Positions 22,195 through 34,778 of a stretch of 64,000 nucleotides of DNA are shown here, piece by piece. Position 1 is the stretch's first letter. Each line of letters starts with the position of its first letter. Made by a program: the position numbers and the translations under genes. The DNA lies in assembly GCA_010015585.1 (NCBI GenBank), contig ML975157.1; one strand, written 5' to 3'. The notes under the pieces were generated by a model, which was not told the DNA's origin, did not search any database, and saw only the letters and a list, made by a program, of their open reading frames with translations. This DNA is from Eremomyces bilateralis CBS 781.70 (taxonomy: Eukaryota).

Positions 22195-25100
22195 CTACTC
22201 CGCCTCATCGTCCGTGTCCAGCGGATGAGGCGTCCCCTTCGGGCTGTTCAGCCACTCGATATGCCGTAACCGCCTCCGCACCTCCCGCTCCTTCATCTGC
22301 GCGCGCGTCATCTTCTTCTTCTTCTTCGCCTTGAACTTCATGTCCCCGCCCTCCGCTTCGCTGTTCGCTGCCGACGCCGCCGCCGACGCCACCGCCGAGC
22401 TCATCCCGCTGGCCGGCCCGCTGCCGACGCCGCTAGGAGTTCCGATGCCAGACCCGGGACGGCTGTCCTCGAACCGATCCAGGGACACGGCGAGGTGGCC
22501 CTTGGCGGTCAGCCGCCCGTCGTTGACGTGCCATTGCTCCGGGCACAGTGCGCTGACGAACTCCTCATTATGTGATATCATGACCACGCCGCCGCGGAAA
22601 TCGCGGATCGCGACCGCCAGACCGCCGAGGGAATCGCGGTCCAGGAAATTGGTCGGTTCGTCGAGGATGAGGAGATGCGGGTTGTTCCACATGGCGCCGG
22701 CGAGGACGACCTTGACTTTTTGGCCGCCGGAGAGGCCGGAGATGGTGTTGTGGTTGGCGATCTCCGGGTCCAAGCCGATGTCCTCGAAGTGCTTCGAGAT
22801 GATCTTCGGCTCCAGCTGACGGAAGCCCAACCCTTCGCGGGAGGCCTCGTGGTCGTCGAACTCTTGGACGAGCTTTTGGAAGCCGCGGGCGAGCAGGGTT
22901 TCGCGGGAGATCATATTGTTGAACTTGGGGAGCCAGTTCACCCATTTCCTATGGACTGTTAGAGATATCCAGAAAAAGGGTAAGGGGCAAACTTACACTT
23001 CGTATTGGAAGCTCTTCTTGTACTTTTGCCGACCGATCAGCGCTTCAACGTTCCGTGGTCCACTGCCGTCGCCAATATCGATTGGCGTCGCCATCTGCGC
23101 CTTCTCATCCTCGGTCAAAATTCTCGTCGCCTTCATCAGCACCTCGCGGTCATCGCCGTGGGCATATCGCCACTGCAGGTACTGATTGGGCGTCTTCTCC
23201 AAGTGCATTTCCACGTGCTCCAACGCGTGCTGTTTGATGTATCCAATACGTAAGTTGGGATGCTTCTCGACCTTTCCTTCTTGTGGGACCACTTCGCCGG
23301 TGAGGACTTTGATGAGTGTGGACTTGCCGGCGCCGTTGGGTCCGATGATGGCCGTTCGCGATGATAACGAGAGCCCGGCGGATACATCGAACAGGTTCGG
23401 CTTTGATGCTCCGGGATATGTGAACGTGCAGTTCGTCATGCGAAGAATCGACCGGGTGTTGCTCTTGACTCCAGTCAGGAGCCCGGGGGGAGGGAATTTG
23501 AATTGAACGTTGGAGGCCGACAAGGTGTAGTAGGACTTGCCCTCGGGCTTAACCTTAACGAAAGCGGCAAGATTCCCCTTGTACGAAACCAGCTTCTTCT
23601 GCTCGTAGTGATAGATGTCGGTGCAGACGGCATCGAGGAACGCGGAGTCGTGGCTCACGATCAAACTCGTGATTTCCGTGTGCTTTTGGAGGTACTCCTC
23701 CAGCCACTTGATATTGGCAACGTCCAAATGATTGGTCGGCTCGTCCAGCAACAGAACTTGGGCTTTCATGAGCATCGCTCGTGCTAACGCCAACTTCATC
23801 TTCCAACCGCCCGAGCAGGCGCCGACCTTCATGGACTGCTTTCCCTCCGGACCGGCATCGAAGCCAACCTCTTCCAAGACGGAAGAGATGTGCTCGACGG
23901 TCTCGTCGGCAAAACGAGGATCCTTCGCGATAAACTCCAGAATGGTGAGGTCCGCGCTTTCGCCTTGGTTATGCTCGACGAAGCACGTCCGCAGTTGATC
24001 GGGGGTCGGGAATCCTTCGAGCTTCCCCTCAGCGATACTCCGCATGAGGGTTGACTTTCCGGCTCCGTTGCGACCGCAGAGCCCGTACCTGTGGCCTTTG
24101 AGGAGCCTCAGGTTGGTGTGCGAGAGGAGCAGCATGCCACCGTATCCCAGAGAAAACCTTGCGTTCACAATCTCCTCTTCGCCGTCCTCCTCTTGGATCG
24201 GAGCACCGTATTTCCGATTTTCCTCTTCGACGTAGAACGCATGCGCAGCTTCCGCAATAGCAGACGCACGTGCACTGTCAGTCAAATCCCTAAGGTACGG
24301 TTCAATGTTGACATGCAGCCGATCCAAATGGCGTTGGTTGACGTCCTCGGCCACCATCTCGGAGACATAGTTCTTGGTCGAGGCCCATACCGATGCATCC
24401 TCGGCTGAAATGTCCCCATTCTTTTGCACTTCCTTCTCCAGCAAGGCGGCGACATGTGCGGGAAGTGTGGGGGCGAAGATGTCGACCATTCCCTTACCAC
24501 CATTTTCGCCCATCGCTTGTTCGATCACCTTCAGCGCCCGCGATGCGATTTCGCGAACTTCCGGAAGCGAGGCTCGATCCTTCACCGCTTTCACACCAGG
24601 TTTCAACTTCGGCAGGAAAGCTCGTGCTTCAATCGGGTTATGAACCAGCTTGGTCAAGTTCTCCACCACAACCACGGTTTGGCGCAGCACCTCTTGGGTC
24701 GTGGTTGGAGTGTTCAGGGAGCGTTCCAGCAGCGGAGTGACGAGGGCGAGGACCGGAGATGTGACGACGGCCACGAATGTCGTCTGTGACAGAGCATGGA
24801 TGGCTTTCTGTTGAGTGCCGGTGGACGGATTTTCCATGGATTTGATGAGGAGGGGTATCCGGGGAGCAACATCGTCGTTTTGGAGAAGAGTCGTCAATAT
24901 GGTCATCGTCTTGGCGGCTTGCTTTGCAACCTGTGCAGATGTCGTTAGACTCGTTCTTGTTCAAATTTACTGTGGATGGACATACCTCGGACTTCAAATC
25001 GTGCATCCCTCCCTCGACGATCGGAATCAACCGCTCTAGCTGCTTGCCCATCATCTCTCGAAGGACGTCTTTGCTTTCCTCTTCTTCCCGCGTCCCTGAT

Positions 25101-25675
25101 CCGATCTTGGCCTTGTCTGCCATTCGGCCCACCAAACCGTACGCTCCCACAGTCCCTTGCCATTTCCCGGTGGCTTTGCCCAAATATTTGGTAAGGATCG
25201 GCAGGAGGCCAGCAACCAGGGCTTCCGGAGATAGATTTCCGAACAGCGCATCGAGGGCATATTTGGCTCCCTCACGAACCGAGGGCCCTTTGTCAGCCAA
25301 CGCGTCGAGGGCGGTGACCACCAAATTGTCTTCGGGCTGGAGGAAGACCGCTTCGGTTATGCGGTGCTTCGGGGGGAATCGCTCAAATAGGGCACCGATG
25401 GCGAACATGGCACCCTCACGTTTGGCGCCTACCTTCTTGTCGGCGGCGGCTTTCTTGATGGCGTCGAAAATGCCATAGCGAGCGAAGCCACGGAAGCTGA
25501 CCGACTCGCTTAGCACGTCGGTGAGGGCATATGCAGCGTCGAGCGACTCTTGCGAACTCTTCGCGACGAAGATGGTGTTCAGAAGCGTCGAGACGTCTTC
25601 GGCGGGAGGAGGAACGCTGGTCGATTTGACGGGAACCACATTTTGGATTGAAGAGGATTCCATATGCGGCATCAT
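22195..25675 (-). CDS. NEW1: eEF3-like ABC-F ATPase New1/Elf1 (introns 24931-24985, 22949-22996)
   Basis: HEAT region, two ABC cassettes (GRNGAGKST/LLDEPTNHLD; GPNGAGKST/LSGGQKVK/LDEPTNFLD), chromo-like insert GRQKYKKSFQYEVKW, and New1-type tail KEREVRRRLRHIEWLNSPKGTP. Exact start Met uncertain. Confidence 0.9.
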
Positions 25676-27462
25676 GTGGGAGAATCGCACGAAGGATCGG
25701 CGTGGAAAACTTTCGGGCTGCAAAGAGTTGATAGGACAGGCGGTCGGTGGAAAGACCGAAGTCCTAGGAGGGGAGAGGGGAGATTAAGAAGGATAAGAGG
25801 TAAGTATGTAACAACTCTTCAAAAGCCTATATATCGGGATTCGAGAAGACCTCGAGAAGCGGAGGGAGAAGAGGTCAAGTAGGAAACAGAATCCCAGCAG
25901 CCAGTGTCGGAACTGGAATAAGCAGGAATATTCCCAGACAAAAGGACTGGACGATATGGAAGAAAAACTTTGGGTGGGGCTGATTTGGTGAAGGCCCTGA
26001 AGGGATGAATTTTCGTGGTTGCAATTTGCACTGGCGTCGTTGGCGGTTGGCCCCCCAGCCGCGGTTGCCCTGTCGGCCGCCACTGTGGCCTGCCGTGAGT
26101 GCACGTGCTTATGAATCTTATCCCCCACTGTCCAGTGAGTCCAATCTCCAGCTCTGAGACGTGGAGGGACGGGAAGTGGAGGAGTGGCGGTGTCGGTGGC
26201 GGCAGATGTGGCGGGCGGGGTGGTAACAGGCTAACAGCAGCATGGGGTGGGGTGCCAAACATTGGGCGGTGGAATAGGCGGGGGGGATCCTATCATTGGG
26301 CGGTTGAATTGGATGCTGGATGGAGCCGCGGAACCGCGACTATACCAGGCCAGACAAGATTAAGGGAGGCCATAGGGCTGGATTGTCGGTAATTCCCGGT
26401 GCCTGTGGGCACCCATTCTTATCATCAATCATTTTTGCATCCATCCCCATGCCGAATTTCCTTAATTACAAGAGAACTAACTAGGTGAAGACACATCATC
26501 GCCTCACAGTGTCACAAAACCCTCAATGCCACCCACAGTGTTTTGACTGATGCTTACGAAGTCGGCCCGTCCCAGCAACCAGGCTCAGATAAAGGAACTT
26601 GACCGAACACTGTAATCCTCTCCTGGAGCCATGGACCTGTCGGCTCCCTATGGGTCGCTACTGACAGGATGACCGAACTCTCTCGGGTTTGACCTCGAAC
26701 TTTGACGCGAAATAAATATACGAGTCCGACGTGTCGATCACCTAGCGGACTACCTCCCAGGGATGGCCATGGAGACAAGTATGAACAACGCAACATCGTC
26801 CTAAGTTGGTATGTGGAACCTCCACCAGAGCGAGGGAGAAACGATGACATATCCCGGTGCCAGCCTCTTTAACTTGATGGTAGATGTTTGTTCGAGACGT
26901 TGACCGCCTTGATCGGTAGATCTTCGTGAACCGAGCTGGGTTGCTATCCAGGACGTTGGCCGACATCCAGATCGCCAAAGCGTTTGGCGGCTTCGGCGGT
27001 TTCAAGAAGGGCTTATTTCAGGAACATGGCATGAAACATTCTCTTTCCGATTTATCTACCTAGTAATCTAGTATTCAACCGCAATCCAACACGGATCGAT
27101 CGTGGTTGTGCATCGAGATATTACTCCGACCATGAAGCTGACCATGTCGGATCCCGAGTCTGCCTGCTACCGCAACACTGCGGGTGGCATCTTTGACCAA
27201 CTCCGCCCGCGCTCGGAATCAGAACGATGTATTCACACGCGTTTGGAGGGTTGGTTCCTTCGAAGCGGTTTGCTTCTTCCGTATTGAATCTTCATTTCGG
27301 CGTTTGCTCAATGTTCGCTGCTCTATTAAATGTCGAGTCGCTCACCCGCTTCCGATATCTCAGACCAGTCTTCATTCACAGCATTCCATCTTCCACTTCC
27401 ATATCTATTCCACAGCAATAATTTCCATTTTTTCGTCTTTCAGTTCGTAATAATCATTCACA

Positions 27463-28727
27463 ATGGCCGCCGATCTCGAACTCCTCAGTTTCCAACTTCT
27501 CGCCGCGGTGAAGGAGCTCCAGGCAGGCACTGGCAGCAATGAGTTCAAGTCCCGGAAGAAGGTGACCGACCTGGCCAAAGATATCGTGGTCAACGCCATC
27601 CACCCCGATGAGGTGACCTTGGATTACTGCATCCAGATGGGCGAGATGGCCGCCCTTCGGATGTTCATGAAGTGGAAGATGTTCGAGAAGATCCCTAAGG
27701 ACTCCGCCATCTCGTACAAGGAGCTGGCCGACTCCGTCGGTGCGGATGAGTCTCTCGTCGGTAGGTTGATATGTGGCTGATATGCGGGCTCCAACGCTAA
27801 CCGGCTTCAGCTCGTCTCGGTGGTATGCTCGTCGCCTGCGGCCGCCTTGACCAGGTTGGTGAGGACGCGGTGACCCAATCCCGTGTCTCGTACACCTTCG
27901 CCAACAACCACACCTCCGGCATGATGTTCCAGATGATGTTCGACGAGGGCATGCGACCCTACACCCAGTGGCCCGACTACTTCGAGAAGTACAACAACAA
28001 GGAGCCCACCGGCATCACCCACAACCCGCACAGCTTCGGTTATGGCGAGCCCGAGCAGGAGTGCTGGGCCATCCTCGGCCGCGACGCGGAGCGAACCCGC
28101 GTCTTCGCTCTCAGCATGCAGGCCATGGAGTCCCAGCTTCCGATCGGAGGCATCTACGACTTCAAATGGATCGGTGAGGAGGCCAAGTCCGGCAAGAACC
28201 CCGAGCGTCCCCTGATCGTCGACGTGGGCGGCAGCGCGGGCCACGCCCTGAAGTTCATCATGGAAGAAACCCCCGACATCCCGCAGGAGCGCTGCGTGCT
28301 GGAAGACCGTCCGGAGACCATCGCCGACACCAAGAAGACCGGCGACCCGACCCTCGCCAACGTGCAGATGGTCGAGCACGACTTCTACGCCGAGCAGCCG
28401 GTCAAGGGCGCGCTCATCTACTTCATCCGCCGCTGCCTGCACGATCACCCCGACGAGAACTGCGTGAAGATTCTCACCCACCTCGCCAACGCCCTACCCG
28501 CCGACGACACCCGTTCGCGCGTGCTCATCACCGAGCAAGTGCTCGACAACCCGCCCACCAAGACCAACACCTGGGTCGACATGTGCATGATGAACATCGG
28601 TGGGAAGGAGCGTAATGCCCGGACCTGGGACAAGATCGTGACCCAAGCGGGCATGAAGATCGTGGCCATTCACCGCAAGGAAGGCAGCCCGATTGGCGTC
28701 GTCGAGTGCGCCAAGGCGTTGAACTAG
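27463..28727 (+). CDS. SAM-dependent O-methyltransferase, Methyltransf_2/OmtA-like (intron 27761-27810)
   Basis: N-terminal dimerisation helix region, LIVDVGGSAGH SAM motif, HDFYAEQPVKGA, RRCLHD, GGKER. Very strong C/G third-position bias. Confidence 0.93.
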
Positions 28728-29286
28728 AGCAGATTTTCCTATCTCAAAATGCATTGCCTTGGACTGGCGTTCATTTTATTTCGTATGGACGTTTGAAGGA
28801 AGGTTGCCTTTTGTACGCAGCAGTTTGCGCGTGACTTTCAGGTTTCTATTCAGCTCCTATGGTCCGGTTGATCTCACGGGGATGTTCTTAGCCCATCTGC
28901 TGGGGGAGATATAGATAATACATAGGGATGCATCCGACATCTGGAATGACGATACATCACACACCGATCTTTGTGCCTCCACCCTCTTTGCAATTACCTT
29001 GTCATATACGCAAGATAGATGAGTATATGACCGCTTCCAAGTAAATGAGAATCACATCACATGAAGACTGCACCAACCTTTCCATGAAGTGGTCAGGGGG
29101 GAATAAGTTACTTCTAAGCTAACTCAGTTATACTTTCATTAAGCTATACATTAATTCTAGTTCCTATAACTAGGAAGGTGTAGCGCATTACAAATCCATC
29201 GATCAAAATCGCTGACAGCCGGCAAAACAATTAGACACTGGGGAATCAAGAAGAAGTCCATCATCGCCACTGGCGAAAATCCCGGT

Positions 29287-30501
29287 TTACCAATTCTTTC
29301 CATATAAAACCCCGGCGGACATGGAAAGCAAATAATCCCTCCCCTTCGCCAACCACACCATCACCCACGGCGCGTTCCATCCGTTGATCGCGCCCACGCC
29401 TCTCCGCCGTCCGACCGGGACCACCTGCGTCATGGGGTCTAGCCGCACCCATTCGGCCCGATTGCCCTCCGGCTTCCCGTTCGCCTTGAGCAGGTCGCTC
29501 TTCAGGTTCGCCATGGCAATGGGGAGGGCGTTGTTCATGTCCATCACCCCGCCGCGCGTGAAGCTCCCGGCATCGCCCACGACGTACACGCGCTCGCCGG
29601 CGCCGTCGACCTGGTGGCTTTTGTGGTCGGTTTTCACGTACCCTTTCTCGTCTTTGAAGCGGTCAGGGATGTAGTCGGAGTTGGGGATCACGGTAGTCGC
29701 GTCCAGGTAGATGTCCGCGGTCAACACCTCCCCGTTCGACAAGTGGATCGCGTAGCCCCCTTTCCCCTCGCCGACCTGCTCGACCCGCTCGATCAGCGAG
29801 TTGTACGCCACGTCCACGCCGACGCGGTTCAGATAATGCTCGGCCCCCGTCGATTGCTTCTGTCCTAGCACGGGCAGGAGCTTCTTCCCTCGGGTCACCA
29901 CGGTGATGCGGGCCTTTTGAACCGCCGGACGCGTGCCGAACCACCCGGCCGTGCCGTTGAGCGCCTCGCCAATCTCTCCCGCCGTCTCCACGGCGACGGG
30001 CCCTCCGCCACCGATGACGATGGTCTTCGCTCCGGATAGAGTCTTGACGAACTCTGTTTGGCGGGCTTGCAGGACGCTCTTGTCGCCCTCGTGGTTGAAC
30101 AGCGGCGAGGCGGCGCTCCAGCCCGTGGCGATGATCAGGCTGTCGTACACGATCTCTCGATCTGCGTCCTTGCCGTCCTCTAGGAGCTTCACCGTCACGC
30201 TTCTACCGTCGGCGTCCCATGCGGTCGCTTTGCCCACGATCAGCTCGACGGATCCGGCGGGATATGCCTTGAAGGAGTCGAGGATCGGGAAGAAGGTCGT
30301 CTCGCGGGGGAGGAGGTCGTTCACGGCCACGACGCGCGGGCCGGCCATCCGCCACCAGAAGTGGGTGCTCGGGTTCACGATAACGATGCGGTAGGTATCG
30401 GTCGGTAGGGAGGGGAGGATCTGCTTGAGGGTATAGTGGGTGGCGCTTAGACCACCGAACGAGCCGCCGAGGACGAGGATGGTCTTTTTTTCCGAAGACA
30501 T
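29287..30501 (-). CDS. AIF/AMID-like FAD/NAD(P)H oxidoreductase (pyridine nucleotide-disulphide family), intronless
   Basis: ILVLGGSFGG (FAD), YDSLIIATG, IVIGGGGPVAVETAGEI (NAD), VYVVGDA, and C-terminal VPVG...AKGRDY typical of fungal AMID-like proteins. Confidence 0.9.
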   Translation of the reverse strand: MSSEKKTILVLGGSFGGLSATHYTLKQILPSLPTDTYRIVIVNPSTHFWWRMAGPRVVAVNDLLPRETTFFPILDSFKAYPAGSVELIVGKATAWDADGRSVTVKLLEDGKDADREIVYDSLIIATGWSAASPLFNHEGDKSVLQARQTEFVKTLSGAKTIVIGGGGPVAVETAGEIGEALNGTAGWFGTRPAVQKARITVVTRGKKLLPVLGQKQSTGAEHYLNRVGVDVAYNSLIERVEQVGEGKGGYAIHLSNGEVLTADIYLDATTVIPNSDYIPDRFKDEKGYVKTDHKSHQVDGAGERVYVVGDAGSFTRGGVMDMNNALPIAMANLKSDLLKANGKPEGNRAEWVRLDPMTQVVPVGRRRGVGAINGWNAPWVMVWLAKGRDYLLSMSAGVLYGKNW

Positions 30502-31429
30502 GTTGAGAGGTTTGAGTTGGGTGATAGAGTTCAAGGTCAAACAACTTCGATACAGTCAAAGTGGGGGCTTAATTGGGTATCAATGCTTCGTGTGCACAGT
30601 CAGTATCTTGCTTCGAGAATCGAAAAACGGTATCACCATACTCACAGATTGTTTGTGTCCGAGTTTGGTCTATGAATACCACCTTATCCGTGACAACAAT
30701 AGCGTGCAAAGTAGAAACGAACTAACAATAGAAATCTATAATTCCGAATAAAGGAAACAATGGGCGAGGGGAAAATTAGATAGAGAGATCTTAGGGAAAG
30801 AGGAACGTGCTAACCAGCTTATATGTGAATCTGAGACGCCGTTGGATCTGTCTGATGGATCCTCCGGCCGCCATTCCGGTCTGACGATGCATACATTATG
30901 GTACAGTAGTACCAGTGCACCCTCAAATCTTGATGACAATTGTCCTGCCAATTCCCGCGGAGACATTTCCGCGACAGTTTAGTATCAGCCTGAACTGTCC
31001 TCATTCAGGACCGGCATAATAGATGCAATATCATCAATTGATCTTACCAATCGTGAATGAAACTATGAAGGTTCAGAGGGTCTGTGCCAGGTCCTCAGCC
31101 CCGAGGGATCCCAAGCTTCCATCCATGATTAGTGATTCATCAATACTTGTACGGAGTAGATGGTAGGATGGATGGATGATGGCCACCAAGGAGAAATTGG
31201 ACCCCTAGTCTGCAGCCCGCAACTCCTCTTGCTGCCAATTGGCGGGTTGGATGGCAACGCCACCAAAATCGCCGGGCCTGGAGCGGTTAGTAGCGAAGAA
31301 ATAAGATATGTTAGTCGATGAGCAAAGTAAGCTAGCTTAAATCAGGTATCGCGAATCTCCACCTCCGACCCGGAATCTGCACCATCCGGGTTACAAATGC
31401 AGGATTGGAAAATATTGGAAATAGAAATG

Positions 31430-32680
31430 TACTGATTAAGTTCAACCCCCTGTCCAGCAGCCAACCACTCGAGTAGCCGGTATCACCACCACCATCATCA
31501 TCGCTCTAACCGCAATTTCTCCACCAAAACATATTATATTTGAAAATCTATACAGCATGATTCAAAAGATACAGCCTGGAGAGACTCTGATGTAGATTTA
31601 GCCTCTGAAATTGGATGTCTTCGTTAGTAATCTTCCTCTACCGCTCGTACAACTTCTTGTGCCAATTTGATCTCCTGAACTTGCGCAAATCTCTGATTAA
31701 GATCTATCTGAACTTTCTTTTTACGTTTTGGTGCTGTAGCAGCATCAAGGCGTGCTTGTAAGCCCGCGATTTTCAGATCTGATGAGGCCTGACGCGCCTG
31801 TAGCACTCCGATCGCCTTGGCTGCCTTCTCTATATACGACTTGGTCGTCTTTGCCACGCGTGTATTCTTGCTAAGAACGCGCAATGCACTCTGTACCTGT
31901 TTGGGCTTGTAGGGCGTCGTCTGGAGAACGGGGGGAACTGGCATAGAGGTGCGTGGAGGCGTGTTTGGTGGTGGAATTGGTGGTGCGGTTACGGTAGGCG
32001 TTGACGGTACAACGAAGCGGTTACTGAGGCCCTTTGACCGGTCAAATGGCACAAGTCCTGCAGCCTTCCACCCAGATCTGATTGTACGGTCGGCTAGGCG
32101 TGCCTGACGCGCCTCTGCATAGAGGATAATGAATCTTCGTTGTTTAATCGGTAGGGCTTCGTCGATATACGCGCTTTGGCGGAGGAGGGTCTTGTAGAAG
32201 CGTTTTAGAGGCGAAAAACAGGCGAGATCGAGAGGTTGAAGGATATGGGAGGTATGTGCAGGTAGAAAGACCACGATTACGTTGTTTATCTTGCATTCAT
32301 ACAAGAAATCGATCGTTGCGTGGCTCCCCTGCCCGTCCATTAGCAGAATCCGGTACTGCCGCTGTGTAGCGGTTTCAGGCAGGAAAACCGTACGGAGCCA
32401 AACCAACGCGTGTTGATTTGAAGCCCAACCGTGTAATGGAAGTCTGGAGGTTGTTCAGGGAACCAAGAAGACTGTAACGTGGCGCCTTTCTGTATAATCG
32501 CTGGTCTGATGTACTGGCCGGTCGCGGAGACAGTTTCAACGATACTAATCCATTCGCGGCCCATAGGACTAGTGATAGAGGCTGTTGACTTCTGCGAGCC
32601 TGCAATAACCGTGGAATTAGCGCAAATCCCTAGTCCTATGCCAACCTCATCCATATTCCAGGTATCAGAGGGGTGGTGAC
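31430..32680 (-). mobile_element. Fot1/pogo-type (Tc1-mariner superfamily) DDD transposase relic, 5'-truncated and frameshifted
   Basis: WNMDEVG, EWISIVETVSATG, small deletion/frameshift at HYT/GWASNQHALVW, ILLMDGQGSH, LPAHTSHILQPLDL..FSPLK, IRSGWKAAGLVPF. N-terminal HTH domains absent. Outer boundary approximate. Confidence 0.9.
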
Positions 32681-33045
32681 TAGTAATGAGTTAGTAACGG
32701 TTGGTTAACTAAGTTAGGTAAGATACTCTAAGGTACAGATTCCGGCCATGTGGATGATCTATCACTGTGATTGAACGTCACAGAGCAAACCGCTTCAATG
32801 CATTTGCGAGGTCCTCAACGTCATGCTCAACAAGGCCTCGACTTTGTGATAACAATGGCTCGACTAACAATAGCTAGAACAACAATGTAGCGGTTTAGCC
32901 CCAACAATTTGGCCCCCAACAATTCGCTATGCAATTTCGGTGTCATACTGATTCAAACACCATAAACGATCATATCCTCTAACTTCAAAAGAATGAAGCC
33001 ATATTCGCCTTGATCTTGCCACTCGGGTAATGGCTGGCCTCACTT

Positions 33046-34778
33046 TCAGAAGCTTCTATACCCTTCTCCCTCAGAATCATCCTCACCGTCCAGTCTCCGC
33101 CGCTTCCTCCCTCTCCCTCGAAGGTCGCCGACCTTGTCCAGATGATCCTTCGACTCCTCACTATCCTCCTTCTTGCTTGTCTCCCCCCTGCTGTCTCGGT
33201 TCCGACTGTGTACGTGTACACCCATCTCTCTCCCACCGACGCCGCCCACAGCTGCTCCGACCATGGTGCTCCACGGGTTTCCTTTCCCCATCTCGGAGCC
33301 AAGGACCCCTCCAGCAAGCGCACCGAGGGCCGCGCCACTGGTTTCCGGATGTTCCGTGAGCTTGTCTTTGAGGTTAAAGTTATGGAACTTGTCCGAAAGA
33401 GACCCGCTGCCCTTTCGATGATGATGCTTCTTCTGGGACTCAAGAGAACCGGCTGCTGGCGCCACCGGGTACCCAGTTGCGTACGGGTAGCCGGACACGG
33501 CATTGTCGAGCCTGACCGGACCTGGCGGAGGCGCATACGGAGTGACGGCCCGAGAATCGATGGTGCTAATGGAGTGGCTACGCGCATGAGGGATATCCGG
33601 GGCGGGAGAGCCCCGACCGGGGTCCTTGAAGCGCGGATCCTGAGATGACATGTTTGCGACGGGAGGATTGGAGTATCGATATGCTCCCGGCGGATTGGCG
33701 GTGCCGCGGCGACGATTAGGTCCACCATACCCTCCTGGAGACAGGGACGACCTCCTACGAAGGGGTGACGGACGCTGCTCCGGCGGAGCATACGCGGTCG
33801 TCGCTTCCGGAGACATATACTCTGTTTGACTGGATGCGCCACTATGAGCACGCTGACTCCCACCGCCTAAGCCATACACATCACTGTATGGGATGTAAGG
33901 CATTGCCCCTTGGATCGGCCCCTGCTTCGGAGCTCCCTGGTCGACCAGGTGGACAGGATAAGGTAGGACAGAATTCTGGCGGTAACCTCCAGGGGAGGAA
34001 TTGCGTTGTGGGTGTGGTATATAGCCGGCTGGTTTGTACGGTTCATAGGTATTATGTTGTGCATGCGCAGTCGAGTCGCTATATGCTTGGTTCGTTCGCC
34101 TTGCCGAATTCGGAAATAGGGGATCGAATGGCCGTGACCGATAAATAGGAGATGATGCTGAGCTCTAACACATCACCCTTCGTTAGTATCGCGAGGAGCA
34201 GCATTCGCATAAGGCACATATCCCGTTGCGTAACATTCTTGCGGAGAGCGTCTCACCTGCTGCCCCCGCGCTGCCGGATATCCTCCATACGGCGGCTGTT
34301 GTTGGTCGTAGGGTTGGTATGGTTGTGACCCATGAGGTGGCAACCCATAAGCGTCGTTTGCAGGATATGAGCTTGCTCGGTATCTGGCGTCCACAGATTT
34401 GGCTCGGCGGCGTTCATGCCGTTGTCTTCGGCTTCTTCGCGGTGAACCAACACGCTCTTCCTCATCACTATACTCGTCAGAAGAGGCTTCTACGTCCGAA
34501 TCATAGTGGCGAGGGGCATGATGACTTCGACGCCTATGACGTCGTCGTTCATCTTCATGGTCGCTCCGCCCATGTCCTCGGTGATGGCGCCGGTCTCGAT
34601 ATTTTCGGTCATAGCTCTTGGACCTATGCTTCCGATGCTTGTCTCTTTCCTTTTCTTTTTCCTTTTCCTTGTCTTTGGACTTGTAATACCCACCCGGGAC
34701 CATCTCGAACACTTTATCAGGAATATTCGGCGCAGCAAAGCTTAGCGCTTTCAATGCAGCTGAGGCTGCCAGCGACAT
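33046..34778 (-). CDS. Low-complexity Arg/His/Pro/Tyr-rich protein with C-terminal glycine-zipper 2TM motif (intron 34165-34256), about 546 aa
   Basis: ORFs 34173-34778 and 33046-33903 join in phase 0 via CAG|GTGAGA...ACTAAC...TAG|AGC, with an open frame between. Motif GAALGALAGGVLGSEMG...GAAVGGVGG. Confidence 0.75.

Noticed and set aside
25797..26240. Plus-strand GTAAGT...GCTAACAGCAG suggesting a spliced antisense transcript upstream of NEW1
   Set aside because: Such short signals occur by chance, and the 440-nt span is atypical for this genome's introns.
27807..28481. 224-aa antisense ORF over the O-methyltransferase
   Set aside because: Expected by-product of extreme GC3 codon bias.
32985..33863. 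292-aa same-strand alternative-frame ORF overlapping the glycine-zipper gene
   Set aside because: No recognisable motifs; best explained as a shadow of GC-rich low-complexity coding sequence.
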